From: Diplonema papillatum
Lineage: Eukaryota
DNA length: 54,066 nucleotides
Assembly: GCA_030068145.1 (NCBI GenBank)
Contig: JAPJBO010000148.1
Span: 272,409-326,474 of the forward strand
Direction: 5' to 3'
The position numbers and the translations under genes were made by a program. The notes under the pieces were generated by a model, which was not told the DNA's origin, searched no databases, and worked only from the letters and a program-made list of their open reading frames with translations. This document shows positions 30,491 to 43,806 of the stretch, piece after piece; position 1 is the first letter of the stretch, and every line of letters begins with the position of its first letter.

Positions 30491-32283
30491 ATTCCAGTAG
30501 GGTACTTCGCGTAACGCGACTTGCTGCCCTCAGCACGCAGGATAACTTCCTCGCACTCTTTTCCTTTTGGTACTTCAACCATTGGTGCTGCACACGGCAA
30601 CCCCATGTCCACTGTGCTCTGCGGAGTTTACTTCGCAGATTGCCACCGTAAAAAGAAGACAAGTCAGTGCTGCCTAGCGAGTCGCAGTCACCATCAGGGC
30701 GAGTGCCCTGAGTTTTTTAACTGATTGCTCAGACACGGTTGTAGGGGCCTTCTCCCCGTGACGGATTAGCCTGTGCTCTAGTAGCACGGGTGGTCCTGGC
30801 TGTGACGAGCTACGAACAGCCGCCTGACAAACCAGACTCACACCGCAGTCCTGTCTGCAGACACTCAGGTTCCACGCTGATGATGGTCCGCCTTATGTGT
30901 CTGTGGCTTAAAGGACCGAAACACGGCGCAGACGGGACCAGTGCGGTGTTGAGCACATATCCATTCCAAGCACGTTCTTGCAACCCCCCCCCCCCCTAAA
31001 TCCAGAAAAACCGTTTTTTACCGGCTGGCTTTTTTTTTCCCTCCGGCCTTCAGAGTTTCCGAGGGGTGCCGGAACAATAAGGAGGCTTTTTGTCCCGCCG
31101 GGACAATAACCGGGAAAAAAAGTCCTATTTTATCCCGGTTATTGTCCCGGTTATTGCATGCAGCACACACAAGGAAGATGGCAGGAAACTGGCCCAAAAC
31201 CAAGACCAACCCGATCGGAAAGTGCTTCCTAGACTGTTGTTTGGGCGCAGAGAGCTCTCAGGAGACCACAAGACACCCACAAAATCTACAAAACCCAGGA
31301 ATCCAGGAGGTTGGTTGGAAGTAAAAAAAGAATGCCTGGGAAGAGGAAACGCGATCCGTCTCCAAGCGCATCTGAAGAGTCCGCTTCAGAAGACTCGTCA
31401 GGAGATTCGGTTCTTCCTGAGAAGTCCAGAGCCCGTTACACGGCTGTGTGGAAAGAGTTAGTCGAGCACATCTGCACAAACGCTGGGAAGTTTCCTCGCG
31501 GTTTCTTCGAAACCAAACAGCAGCACCTTGCGCCTTTCACACAGCACATCCCTTTTTTCTCTTCGTAACCGATCAGCAGTGCCTGCGCCTTGTCTCACCC
31601 CTACACCGCCACCAGCGTGCAAAGACCCACTTCGATACACCGCCACTAACGTGCAAAGACCCACTTCGCCGTCGAGAAAAAAAAAGCCAGCCGGTAAAAA
31701 ACTGACGTTTCACCGGTCAAGGGGCCTTTTTGTCCCTCGGACAACTTTTTTCACTCGACTCGCCCTCGGGCTGACGCCGTCGGGCTCGTCTCGTGAAAAA
31801 GGTTGTCCTCGGGACAAAAAGGCCCCTTATCTACCGGTAAAAAATAGCTATATTGACCGTTATAAAACCGTTATTTGCCATTTTTTGGTCGAAAAATAAC
31901 GTTATTTGACCGTCATAACGTTGGTTCCGTCTGACGTCAAAGTATGATGTAATATTATGCCGCGTATTTCTGAAATGCTGTTTCTGAAGAGCCGCCCCTT
32001 ATCCCGGTCAAATCGTACCCTCCCAGCGCTGTCTGTCGGGCCAAAGGGTCGCCGCCCTTGCTGTGTGACCCCCCTCATTCTTTGGAAGAATGGTGAGGGG
32101 GTGCCTGCAGGGGGTGCCGGCGCCATCCCCCCCTTGCGAGGCCCACGGCGGTGCCGTTCGTGTTTCCCCCAAAGGACAGAAGAGAAAGAAGAAAAGAAAA
32201 AGGCCGCTCCTGGTCCAGGAACGTGACGGTCAACCACAGCTTGCAAAGCTTGAGTCGGAGGCAGCACAGTGCTACAACTCCGT

Positions 32284-32470
32284 CCACTCTGCCCTGCGGC
32301 TGACCGTCTCGACGAGCTTGTGGTCAGCGAGCGCCAAGGTGCGCCACGCCTTGATGCTTTAGTTTGGGAAATCGGTAGCCACTTGACCCGTAGGCCCGTG
32401 GCTCTGCAGTACCGCCGAACACGTGAAGCTTGGCTCCCGTGTAGCAGGCTTTCCCTGGTACCCCCAAAGG
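32284..32470 (+). repeat. ~185-bp direct repeat (second copy 35500..35680, ~88% identical), 3.2 kb apart
   Basis: ...ccgtctcgacgagcttgtg(g/t)tcagcg...ccttgatgctttag...ccacttgacccgtaggcccgtggctctgcagtaccgccgaacacgtgaagcttggctcccgtgt...ggctttccctggtacc is shared by the two loci. Confidence 0.7.
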
Positions 32471-35400
32471 TCTCCCCAAAGGACAGAAAATACTTTAGCG
32501 ACGTTTCACATGCTGGCCACAGTTGGGGGCTCTTCATAGATTGAACTTGGCACTTTCAGAATCTCCACATTCAAGGAAAAACTAAGTTTAGGGGGCTTTA
32601 ATAAAACAGGGGAGTAGCTTCCAATAAACTTCGAACATGGGATACCCGCAGTCGACCGCGATATTCTCTAGTGTGTTCAAAGAGGCTAATCCTAGTCGCT
32701 GCATCCCAAGTTCAAAAACGACTACGACGAGACGGATCCCGGGTCCTCGAGCTCGTCGGACCAGCAGCGGGCGTGAAGCGCACCGCGTGGTGAGCACTGG
32801 AGTGGCGAAGTGGCGGATCTTCACCTCGGCAAATCTTTAGTCCGGCGAAGCGAAGATCACCGAACTGAAAGTCGTCGCACTGAAGATCGCTGAACTGAAG
32901 ATCAATCGTCGAACTGCTGAACAGAAGATTTCCAAATTGAATATTGCCGAACTGAAGAGCCTCATTGAAAATTCAAATGCGCCTTGCAGGATCTTCTTTT
33001 CCGCAAAGTGAAAAATCCTGCAAGGCAATTTCGAACGAACATATCAGAGTCATTACCGACATAATTTGATGCAGTCGACTTGGCTGGTACAGAACGGAAG
33101 AGGGCATTCATTAGATTCAGGTTCTTCGAGTGGGATGCGGAGAAACGACATTTCTTTTTTGACCTTACTCCATTTCATACTCGCAACCAGAGTTATCGGG
33201 AAGTAAAAACTTCAAGAAATTATTCCCACTGTACGCTTCACAATCAAACAAACGGAAACCTCAAAACCACAATAAACGCTGAAAACTTCAAAACACCGAC
33301 CGCTTATCACACTGGAACAGTCCAGTCAAAAGGTCGATCTGTACGGGATCGTAGCCTATCCGGGATCGTCAGAAACACGAAAAAGAACTGTCCGAGCCAG
33401 GGGATTAGCTACTGTTACCAGATTCGGACCGCGGTCGATCTATCTAGATCGAATCTGGCAATCGGCCGTGGTCAAAAAGTAATAAAACATGGTCCTACGA
33501 AGGTCTGTTCTGGAGGAATTCTTCCGGCCTGAGGGTGCCTGGGTGTGGAAGGAACCCGTGTAGTAGAACCTATATACTTCGATTTTGGCACCTGTCACTG
33601 GACTGGGACTAGCCCAGTAGCTATAAAAACTAAATTTTCCGCGCCTGCAGGTATTAACACCCACCCGAGAGCAAAAAACTGAGATGGTCCGAATCTGGCA
33701 GCGCCGACAAATCTGTAGCTAATACCCTGGTCGAAGCGAATACCGCAAAAAACTTTCACCAGGGGGTTATGCACTGCAGCGGTTGGGTGAGGTAACTCAC
33801 CCAAAAAAAAAAAAAATCGAAAATCAGGTGGGGGGTTGGGTTGATTTACACTACCTCGGATTGGGTTGGGCAGGAGTTTGGTGTCTGTAATCTTGGGTTG
33901 GGCAGAGGTTTTGGGTGTCTGTAGTGGGAATTATTTCTCCTATTCTGGCTGTGCTACTGAAGAGGGGCGAGACCTTTCATCTGAACAATCATCAGTAGGC
34001 TAGGTGTCTTCTGGAGGACACGCTGCAGAAGGTCCTGCCTTAGTCAGGACATCAGATTCTGAGGCACCATGTACCATACCGTCTCCCAGGGGGCGGTGCC
34101 CCCTGGACCCCCCATAAACTATCTACAAGATTTCGAATTTTCGCCTGTTACCAGGCATCAGTTTCTGTTACAGGTTCCGAACAAGACAGAATCTGAAGTG
34201 CCATGTACCGTACCGTCTCCCGGGGGGCGGTGCCCCCCGGACCCCCCCTGCATTAAGACTCACCAGAAAAAATGGGCTTGGTGTCTAGTCTGAAGGAGAA
34301 AATGGGCTGCATAAGGTCCTGACTTTCACTCTAAAAAAAAAAAAAAATCGGACCCGAGTCTGATACTCAAAAAGTCTTCACGGAACAACAGAAATGCCGC
34401 CGCTAAGCCGCGCGGCCTTTTGTCAACGTAAGCAACAGGGTTAGTGAATCCTACGCGGTTCCCAGTACCGGACCTCAGAACGTGCCGGAACCGGCAACAA
34501 GTGGGTCCTCAGTCAGGCGCAGACTGCGGCGAAGGATCACTTCAAGGGGAACTCTCAAACAAACAATCTAGGGACATTAGCTTGTATCCCCCCTACCCCA
34601 GAACCCCCCGCACACCGCTTAGTCTACACGGCGTGCTTATAAATGAGCAGCGTTTGTATGCAGTAACTGGCAGATTGAGAGCGATGAATTGTGTGGTGGT
34701 GCATGGCCGCTCGGAGTGATTTGTCAGGTTGATTCCGTTAACGAACGAGATCTCGACCCTTAAATAGGTGGGTGTGTCGTTGTAGGGGGTGCCTTTTGGC
34801 ATCGGCGGCTTGCTGCTTACCCGAGACGCGCACTACTTCTTAAGGGGACTGCGCGCGACTTATAGCGCGCGGAAGAGCGAGCCAATAGCAGGTCTGTGAT
34901 GCTCCTCAATGTCCTAGGAATTAGAGCTTCCTGGTGTGCTGGTTTACAGGGGGGTTTTCCGGCTTTTCCCCCCCTGGCGGAATAGACTGCAAGAAGATTT
35001 ACCGGTAAACAAGGGACCATTTTTCCCGAGGACCCCCGTTTTTTTTATGGTAACAACCGCGGTTGTCATTATCAAAAAGTGACGGTTTGGCAGCGTATAC
35101 TGTGAAAATTACCAAACAGGTGATAGCACATACGCACAAACAATCCCGGCTGTGCGTTAATTCTTTGCCAAAAGATATCCAGAAACGGGGCTGCCGTATG
35201 TTCTTTCCCGTGTTTGTATAAGAAACGGACCCAGCGCTTCCTTTGTTGGCGCGCACTTACGCACCTGCTTTCAGGGGACTTTAACACTTTGTCTGACCGA
35301 GCAAAATCGGTTTGAGCCCAACCCCCCGGGTTGGGGCCTTGCCGTCGGCTTTAGCGTCGCCCTGCACACCTGTGAACAATGAAACGGAAGGGGTGGTGAT

Positions 35401-37251
35401 CAATAGGCTTGTTCGTTTCGGTGGCGGTGTGCATGACACGAGACTGCTGGCGCGCGAAAAGTTTGGATCGGGGAATATTCTGTGCAGCTCAGTGCCACAA
35501 TTCCGTCCGCTCTGCTCTGTGGCCAACCGTCTCGACGAGCTTGTGTTCAGCGCGAAGGTGCGCCAAGCCTTGATGCTTTAGCCACTTGACCCGTAGGCCC
35601 GTGGCTCTGCAGTACCGCCGAACACGTGAAGCTTGGCTCCCGTGTCACAGGCTTTCCCTGGTACCTATGCCGGGCATACAGGAAGATTATGGAAGGGTGG
35701 ACAACGAAGCAGTGAACGGAACTGCAAGGGATATTGCTCAGCTGCACGAGGCCTGCAAACCACACACTTTCTTCCTTGAAGACACCAAACCAGCCAATGC
35801 AGTCTCACCGATACATCAAAAAATAGCAGTAACGACGGGCAGCCTCAGTAACCCAGTTAGAATCTGCAAGAGGTGGCATGCAGACCCCGGTGCGCTTTGT
35901 GTGCCGTTCTTAGCACAGGTTCTAGTCGCCAACATAAGGTGCAGACTTGTGTCACGGTGACCACAGCCCACCAGTGTAAAAATAGTTGGAAACATTCCCG
36001 TCCAAAAACAATTCTTTTTTGGAAACTGACTCGACCGGTCGAGCGGTCGAGCCTGACTGCACTACTCAGGAATAGGGGAGAAAAAGCGAAAAGAAAAGCG
36101 ACAAAGCGGAACACTGCACGGTCGAGAACCCCGACCTCCAGTCCACCCCTCCCCGCTCTTGTAGTAGACATTTGTTCACACACACATGCACTCTCTCTCT
36201 CTCTCTCACTCACATCCATCGCTTTGAGTTCGCGCCCCTTATCATCAAAGTGAACCAATGACACCAATCCGCACCCCCATACGGGATCGTCGGAAACACA
36301 AAGGAAAAATCGAACATGCGAACAACATATCGGAAGCATCCGATACTTCACTCCAGCGCTCGCGCTAAGAAAACTACTGGACAAATTAGCTCTGCGTGCA
36401 CGTATGATCTAGACGTTGTCTTCTCGAAGTTGCCGATAAAGCCGGCCGTCGTTGGGGGCTCTGTCCTCGACAACACAGCCGGAACAGCAGATCCAACGAG
36501 CTAGGCACGAGTGTCGTGTTGCGACGAGTGGCAGCCCAATTTCCAGGAGACCCGTGCAAGGAAAAACCAGGTTTCTCAGGAAGCTGTTCCAAAAGTATGG
36601 CCGGCCTATCGGCCTTAGCGCGAGCATGGGTCCTTCCATTTTATAATATTCATCACAGTGTTTTTCCTGTGTGGTGAACAATATTTTCCGCCAAAACCCC
36701 CCCTCCTTTCGCAAAAATGGGGCTGGCTAAAAAACTTCTTTTTTCCACAGGGGTTTCATTGACAAAACTTTAGAAGTTACAATGTAACAATACTTACGGG
36801 TAGCACAGGTCTGCCAGGCAGTGACAACCTTGCACACGTCTTGCCGGGTCAACCTTGCAGATGGGATAGGAGTCATGGTCAGGCTGTACCCAAGACGCTG
36901 TTCGTGTTAAGGCGCAGTCTGAGGGGTGTTTCGGGGATGTTCAGAGCAGCAAAAGGTGTCGCGTTGACTTCTAAGCTTCGCGCCACCATGCATCCATGCT
37001 TTCTTGCAAAGAGAACTCTTCCGCCCTGGACTCGGCACAAAAACCGTTTTCTGCATGAAAGAGATTGGGCGAGAGTTCTTTTGGCCTCTTATTGTGAACC
37101 GTGGAGTTTTTTTAGCCAGCCAATTCCATTTTCACTTCACGAGGCGACACTGTTGACCGCGCCTGAATTAGCTGCGGTCGCCGATCCCCCAACCGCCAGC
37201 ATCATGTACTTGACGCGACGCGGAACGAAGCGCTGCTTAGCAGCCAATGGC

Positions 37252-37480
37252 CTGTGATGGCTGAGTGCACACCTAAGCAGGGCTGCATCCTCGTGTTGTA
37301 GCCGTGTTGTATACAAGGCTTCGTGGGGGCCTGGTCAGCCACCTCATCACAATAGGCACAAACCTTTCGCGACCGTGATTGGACAGACGGGATGCCGGGG
37401 AATGGTCTCCATGAAGAAGATAAAAGTAAAGCAAGACCTGCCCCCTGCGTCGGCTGCTTCGGCAGACGACACATACCATT
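37252..37480 (+). repeat. Second copy of the dispersed ~230-bp repeat (see 23683..23915)
   Basis: Sequence match read by eye. Confidence 0.75.
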
Positions 37481-37888
37481 ACTATTGTGCAGTCTATCGT
37501 CACAGATTCGTCATCTGGTGATTCCTCGAGCTCGTCGTCAAACTGCACATCGGATGTTAAGCGCGCACCGGAGACAAACAGTACGCGGGCAAGAAGCGAC
37601 CGAAGCATGACACGACGCGTGCAAAGAGATAGTCTGTAGCGTCTATCTTCACAGATTGTTGCTGCATAACAAGTTCAAACTACTACCACTACTGGCTAAA
37701 AGCACTTGGAACGTTGCGCTTCCCTGCTTTCTGAGATAACGGGAGTTCGGTTTGTTGAAGGCATTATGGTCTTTCAGTCGCGATCCGCGCTGTATCAACA
37801 AAGACCTCTTTGCGGATCAGTTCCCGAGGATCGAAGTAGAGTTGCAGAGAAAGCGTTTCCACTCAGTAGCTACTGCGGTAGGTGGGTT

Positions 37889-38373
37889 CCAATCAGTATG
37901 GCATCAGGGAAGCTCCATATTCAGTAGTAGGTAGTCGGGTACTTGTTAGCAGGGGTCCAATCAGTATGGCATCAGGGAAGCTCCATATTCAGTAGTAGGT
38001 AGTCGGGTACTTGTTAGCAGGGGTCCAATCAGTATGGCATCAGGGAAGCTCCATATTCAGTAGTAGGTAGTCGGGTACTTGTTAGCAGGGGTCCAATCAG
38101 TATGGCATCAGGGAAGCTCCATATTCAGTAGTAGGTAGTCGGGTACTTGTTAGCAGGGGTCCAATCAGTATGGCATCAGGGAAGCTCCATATTCAGTAGT
38201 AGGTAGTCGGGTACTTGTTAGCAGGGGTCCAATCAGTATGGCATCAGGGAAGCTCCATATTCAGTAGTAGGTAGTCGGGTACTTGTTAGCAGGGGTCCAA
38301 TCAGTATGGCATCAGGGAAGCTCCATATTCAGTAGTAGGTAGTCGGGTACTTGTTAGCAGGGGTCCAATCAGA
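37889..38373. repeat. 68-bp tandem repeat x ~7 (CCAATCAGTATGGCATCAGGGAAGCTCCATATTCAGTAGTAGGTAGTCGGGTACTTGTTAGCAGGGGT)
   Basis: Direct reading; the copies appear identical. Confidence 0.9.
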
Positions 38374-41300
38374 CGTTTTCGCAATTGTCAGTCGCTCTCC
38401 TTGATCGACCACCATCCAATTTCATCAAACCTTGCGATTCAAATCCAGAAGATGAAGTGATGCTCCTTGGACCCAATATTTCAAACAGAGCACCAGTCGG
38501 GTGTACATGATCTTTGCACCACCACTTTCCCAAACCGGATCAACTCGAACGATAATGGTCAGCAAGTCAACCAATCATCGTCGAATCGAGAGAGAGATTA
38601 GATTTTCAAGCGACACTCAGCTGCTGAGGCATGGGCGAACGAATTTCCATGTTCACTGCAACCTGAAAGCTCCAGGTAGTCGGGAGAAGGGGGTAGTTCC
38701 ACGTTAACACTCCACTCCGTTTGTGCCCTTCTCCTATTCCAGCAGGGCTAGGCTTACTTTCCCATTCGTTCGTGAAAGCTGTTTACAACACCGGAATTAC
38801 CCATTAGTTTCGTACACTGCAGATACGGCTTACGTGACAGTTCGCGATGAACGCAATCCGTTTCGCAACCGTCTTTGGTCTGACAACGAGTTTGGACTGG
38901 AAACTTGTCGCATCACTAATGTGAGCCGGTCCGTCCCTATCTCTTGAAACTGCATCGAAGTGCCTGCCGCTGTTTTTAATCACAGTGAATCACGGTCCAC
39001 CACGGTCTATCAGGTCATCTCTAGTCCCTAGAGCTGCATCGAATTGCCCGGTGCTGTATTCTTCGGTCCATCGAGAGGGGATGGACCGGCTCGTAATGGG
39101 TAGCGCCGAAGAGTTCACAGCTTCACTTTCCTTCGCCTGAACGATTCAAACGGCAGCGGGCATTTCCGACGGAGAATGAACGGTGGCAACTTGAAGAGTC
39201 ACCAATGCTGGCCTTGTCTCTCTCGTTCATTATTACTCCTCTTTCTCGCTTTGACCTTGCTTCCTCTCTTCCTGGACTTGCGCCTGTGTTCTTTCTATCG
39301 ACAACCAACGCGATCACTTCGTTTCATTCCTTCCACCGATGGGAAGAAATAGGCTCGCTACCGCCAATCAGCACAAAAAAATGATGAGAACTAGGGCTTA
39401 CCACCGCGGGGGTTTTGCACCACGTTTGCGGGTCTCGTTGCATTCAAACCGACTTTCCATACTCCTAGAGCTGGTATCAACCGTGGTTCGGCGCCACAGA
39501 TTGGCAGCCGGAGATCAGGCTCAAGTCAAGGCGCAAGTAAATAGATGGGTCCGCATCCTTCATGGTATCAGACAGCGTTTAGTTGGCGAATAGCGAGCAA
39601 GTATTTCTCCCGTCATTTTTCAAGAGCGAACGATTCCTGTAAAGCTCCCGAGGCAGCCCGTTGTTGACGGAGCACAGCGATTCGGACAAGAAGTCCCACG
39701 GACATTCAAAACAGCAGATCTTCAACAAAGCGGGTCCTCGCACCTTTCGCAAGGCTCTGGGAACCTTTGCACACCATTCTACCCCGCCCTCCGCCGCCTC
39801 TCTTATTTCTTTTGCAATGGCGTCAGAAATTGCAAGCCAAGGAAGTCTCAATCGCTCAAGGAATACAGGTCCCCGAAGCAGGGAGTACCAACCTGTTTAG
39901 CAGGGCTTGGAAAACCTTCCTATGCACCCTCCTCTTGCAGACTTGATGCTAGCATCAACCATGCATGATGAGGCAAATTCTGAACACTAAACTAAGATTC
40001 CCCCCTCTCTCTCGTACTGGCGACATGAAACGATGGGGGCTAAAAATCGTGCGAGAGAAGTCTTCCTTCGTTTGTACACTGACCCACCCGTTGAAGTCTG
40101 CCTTTCCTCCTCCACACACACACACACACACACATCAATCAACCGTACCAATATTTCACGATCTAGCTCATTTCCTCGTTCGAGACCATTAACGCGCGCG
40201 AAACGTGAGCAAACTAGTTCCGTGGGCAGGCAAACAGAGAGGCCACCCAAGGTGGGCTGAGCTCCGAAGAGTACGGTGCGAGGTTCGAGGAAGCAGAGAG
40301 GGAGACGGGCGGCAGGTGGGGCCCCGCGAGGGGGGGGAGTTTCTGCTCTTCGTATTGTTTGACGAGAACTCTTGAAGAAAAGGGAGAAGTAAGAACACGT
40401 CTTTGCAACTGCTAGCGCAAGGGAATGTTGAGTGACTGCCTTAACTCGGGCAGCTTGGGCGAGGTCTCGAAACCCTGACTGGTTCTTTGAACCAACCACA
40501 CCTGGATACTGTGTGAAGTTCTCTGATCGACTTATCGACTTTCGTGGCGCGCATCAGCTCCCTCAGTGAAACTGTGAGAGCAGCAGGCCGAGGTCACCAG
40601 GGCGAGGAAAGGGACTCGCTGAGCTCGGAGTCAGACGAGCCTAGCTCCCTGTCACGAGCTGGGTGTGAAAACATAGGAAAGACTCAGATGGGCGGGTCGT
40701 TCAAGTGTCCCCCGCCCAGTCCCTGCCTGAACACGAAAACTAATATTTACTCCCCGGGTTACCACTCGAAGAATAGTACTTCCATTCGCATTTTTTTGCA
40801 AACATTGGTCGGCGATTGTAGCCTGCTGACAAAGAAGGGATCCCAAGTGCTGTAACTACCGAACCACGTGTTGAATGTGGGCGTGAGGTCATGCGCCTAC
40901 CCCTACACAACAAACACAACAGGTCAAAAGTCCTGAGTGAGAACAACGGTGGTGTAAGCGAAGAACAATTCAGATTGCGTTTGTAATTGTATTTGCCCCC
41001 TCTACCTCTATATTTCCGCTTGATGATCCGGGGGTTTAGAGTCACCGCTGGTATCGTCGAGGCGCACGTGCACTCGCGAAAGTGTGACAGTAGCCGGCAG
41101 CATAGGAACACCAGGCAGGGTCTCCGCCGAAACCCAGCACTTCAAATTGTTCCACCTTGTGTTGTGTGCGCCTGAAGTACTGCGAGAGGGGCATGAGAAG
41201 ACCGAAAAAGGAAAACGTTACCTAGTTCGCCCGGGCGAACCTTCATGTCAGGCATCTCGTGCACGTGTCCCGAGTCGCATTCTGCACAAAGTGCTATTCG

Positions 41301-42845
41301 CAGCCCCAGATCAGACTGCTGCCAAGCCCCTTGGAATCTACCAACGTGTCCCGCCTCGCCACCGATAACGAACAGGACAACGGTCCCTTTCCTCTGTCGT
41401 TTCTGCTACACACCTCCACACACTTTTACACGACAAGATGGTGTTCAAATGCTTGTTGGGTCTCGCGTGCGGTCTGGTCTTGGCCCCGGAGGTTGTTTTC
41501 AGCACTCGCACGGTGTGTATCCAGTTTTTCTAACAAAACAAACGCGTTTCTTTCAGCCGCGTGCCGATCCGATCCGAACTCTTTTTTGGGGGGTTGCGAC
41601 CCTCATCTCTGCCCCTTTTTGACACCGTTTCATGAGATCGAAAATCTTCCGGAAAAACCGCCCGAAAAAACTGAGAGAGTCGGAAAGAGTTGGCAGGAAC
41701 TCCGGAAAATATGACATTCGAGAGCTCCAACGCAGACGACTGCTTACCCGCTAGCACGCTGAAATTGATACGCAGCATTTATTTCAGCGGCGTTGACTGT
41801 GGCTGGTCGTTGATGGGCTTCGAGAACTCGATGTGCTGTCTTAATGTTTCCTCTGGGTTCCAACAACCGACGGAGCTGACGCGAAAACCGCTTTAACCAT
41901 ACAGGCGTGCATCAAGACGGCGCTGTTTCGCGATTCACGGGAGATAACAGACGCTCCAGCCTTCCTTCATCATCAGGTGTGCGTCATCCACTGGGTCTTC
42001 AACCAGACCGCACCCGTTCTTCGTTCGGCGCAACGTCGCTTTGAACTTTGTCTTGGGCTTTTTAGGCGCCAGGAGTACCCCAGAACCGCCCCGTTTTGAG
42101 TGCAATCGCGAGGATGCCCCTGTCGCCCTTGTTGTGTTCAGTTTTTGAGCTTTTCTAGAGTCAGGGGAGCCGCACCAGCTCCGCAAGTCGGTCGGTACGA
42201 GAAGCGGCAATCGCGGATAAGGCAACGAGTACAGAGCAGCCGCCGCGCAGAAAAGCAGTAAAGCGACCCGCGTCGCAGGTGGCGCAAAACGTAGGAGCCC
42301 GTGCGGCAGGGAGTGAAGACGAGGTGATGCAAGACGAAGGGGAAGCGCGAAGCCCCCAGCCCGGACGGATCAGCAAGACGCAAGACCAGGCGACCAAAAG
42401 AAGGAGGGGGACGCGACCCAGAGACCCGGGCTAAGTAGCTTGGAACTAGTGTGATGGACCTTTCTTCGGAGGGGCTCACGCACTGAAAGAGTCACAGCAG
42501 CAGGCAGTTCGATGCAATTCCCGGAAACAGGGGTGGCCTGGCTCACCGACTAGTTTGTAATGTGAAAAGGAATCGGAATCGCTTCGCTCTCGAGACCACT
42601 GTGCAAACCGCAGGCTTTGCCGCAGGCTTTGCCTGGTGGTCTTCCTCGCCGGCTCCTCGTCCGGTCCGGCTTGGGTACAGACTAGTTCGTAATGTGAAAA
42701 GGAATTGAAATCGCTTGCTCTCGAGACCACTGTGCAAGGTAGACAGCAGCAGGCACTTCCCGGAAACAGGGGTGGCCCGGCTCACCGACTAGTTCGTAAT
42801 GTGAAAAGGAATCGGAACCGCTTCGCTCTCGAGGCCACTGTGCAA

Positions 42846-43313
42846 GCCGCAGGCTTTGCCGCAGGCTTTGCCGCAGGCTTTGCCGCAGGCTTTGCCGCAG
42901 GCTTTGCCGCAGGCTTTGCCGCAGGCTTTGCCGCAGGCTTTGCCGCAGGCTTTGCCGCAGGCTTTGCCGCAGGCTTTGCCGCAGGCTTTGCCGCAGGCTT
43001 TGCCGCAGGCTTTGCCGCAGGCTTTGCCGCAGGCTTTGCCGCAGGCTTTGCCGCAGGCTTTGCCGCAGGCTTTGCCGCAGGCTTTGCCGCAGGCTTTGCC
43101 GCAGGCTTTGCCGCAGGCTTTGCCGCAGGCTTTGCCGCAGGCTTTGCCGCAGGCTTTGCCGCAGGCTTTGCCGCAGGCTTTGCCGCAGGCTTTGCCGCAG
43201 GCTTTGCCGCAGGCTTTGCCGCAGGCTTTGCCGCAGGCTTTGCCGCAGGCTTTGCCGCAGGCTTTGCCGCAGGCTTTGCCGCAGGCTTTGCCGCAGGCTT
43301 TGCCGCAGGCTTT
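42846..43313. repeat. Perfect 12-bp microsatellite-like array (GCCGCAGGCTTT) x 39
   Basis: Direct reading; 468 bp with no variant units. Flanked by ~90-bp repeats (ggaaacaggggtggcc(t/c)ggctcaccgactagtt(t/c)gtaatgtgaaaaggaatcggaa(t/c)cgcttcgctctcgag(a/g)ccactgtgcaa) at 42518-42605, 42760-42845 and 43540-43620. Confidence 0.9.
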
Positions 43314-43647
43314 GTCGCAAGGTCTGCCACTTCTTCGGTGTCGAGCTTCGGATAAAACAGCCGTCTGTGTTTCATCAGCGCAGAGGGCTGCAGGCGTGGA
43401 AACGCGGTTGCACACGAGGCAAATGAGGTGGTCCTTTTGCCGTGGGCGGAAACGAACTGGAGCAAAGTGCAAGTGCACTCGCTTTGTTGATTCCAGCAGG
43501 GTGTCGTAGTGCTGGTGGTCAACGTCTTCCTCGCCGGCTTCCTCGTTCGGTCTGGCTTGGGTACAAACGAGTTCGTATTGTGAAAAGGAATCGGAATTGC
43601 TTCGCTCTCGAGACCACTGTGCAAGGTAGCAGCAGCAGGCAGTTCGA

Positions 43648-43806
43648 TGCACTTCCCGGAAACAGGGTGGCCTGACTCACCGACTAGTTTGTAATATGAA
43701 AAGGAATCGGAAGCATCGCGTTCCCGTTTGCGCCGGTCTCGAGAGCGAAGCGATTCCGATTCCTTTTCACATTACGACTAGTCGGTGAGCCAGGCCACCC
43801 TGTTTC
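43648..43806. repeat. ~160-bp near-perfect palindrome formed by two inverted copies of the 90-bp flanking repeat
   Basis: cccggaaacagggtggcctgactcaccgactagtttgtaatatgaaaaggaatcggaagc ... gcgattccgattccttttcacattacgactagtcggtgagccaggccaccctgtttccggg. Confidence 0.8.

Noticed and set aside
30330-30990. Possible small RNA gene (C-box-like CTGATGATGG, AGCACATAT resembling a U6 core) inside the 160-bp repeats
   Set aside because: The similarity is only a few nucleotides. There is no convincing snRNA or snoRNA secondary structure, and the unit is part of a local 500-bp tandem duplication with poly-C tracts. I could not support an RNA gene call from sequence alone.
33826-33900. TTGGGTTGGGCAG x3 G-rich cluster as a possible interstitial telomere
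   Set aside because: It does not match the 11-mer at the window start, is short and irregular, and has no array structure.
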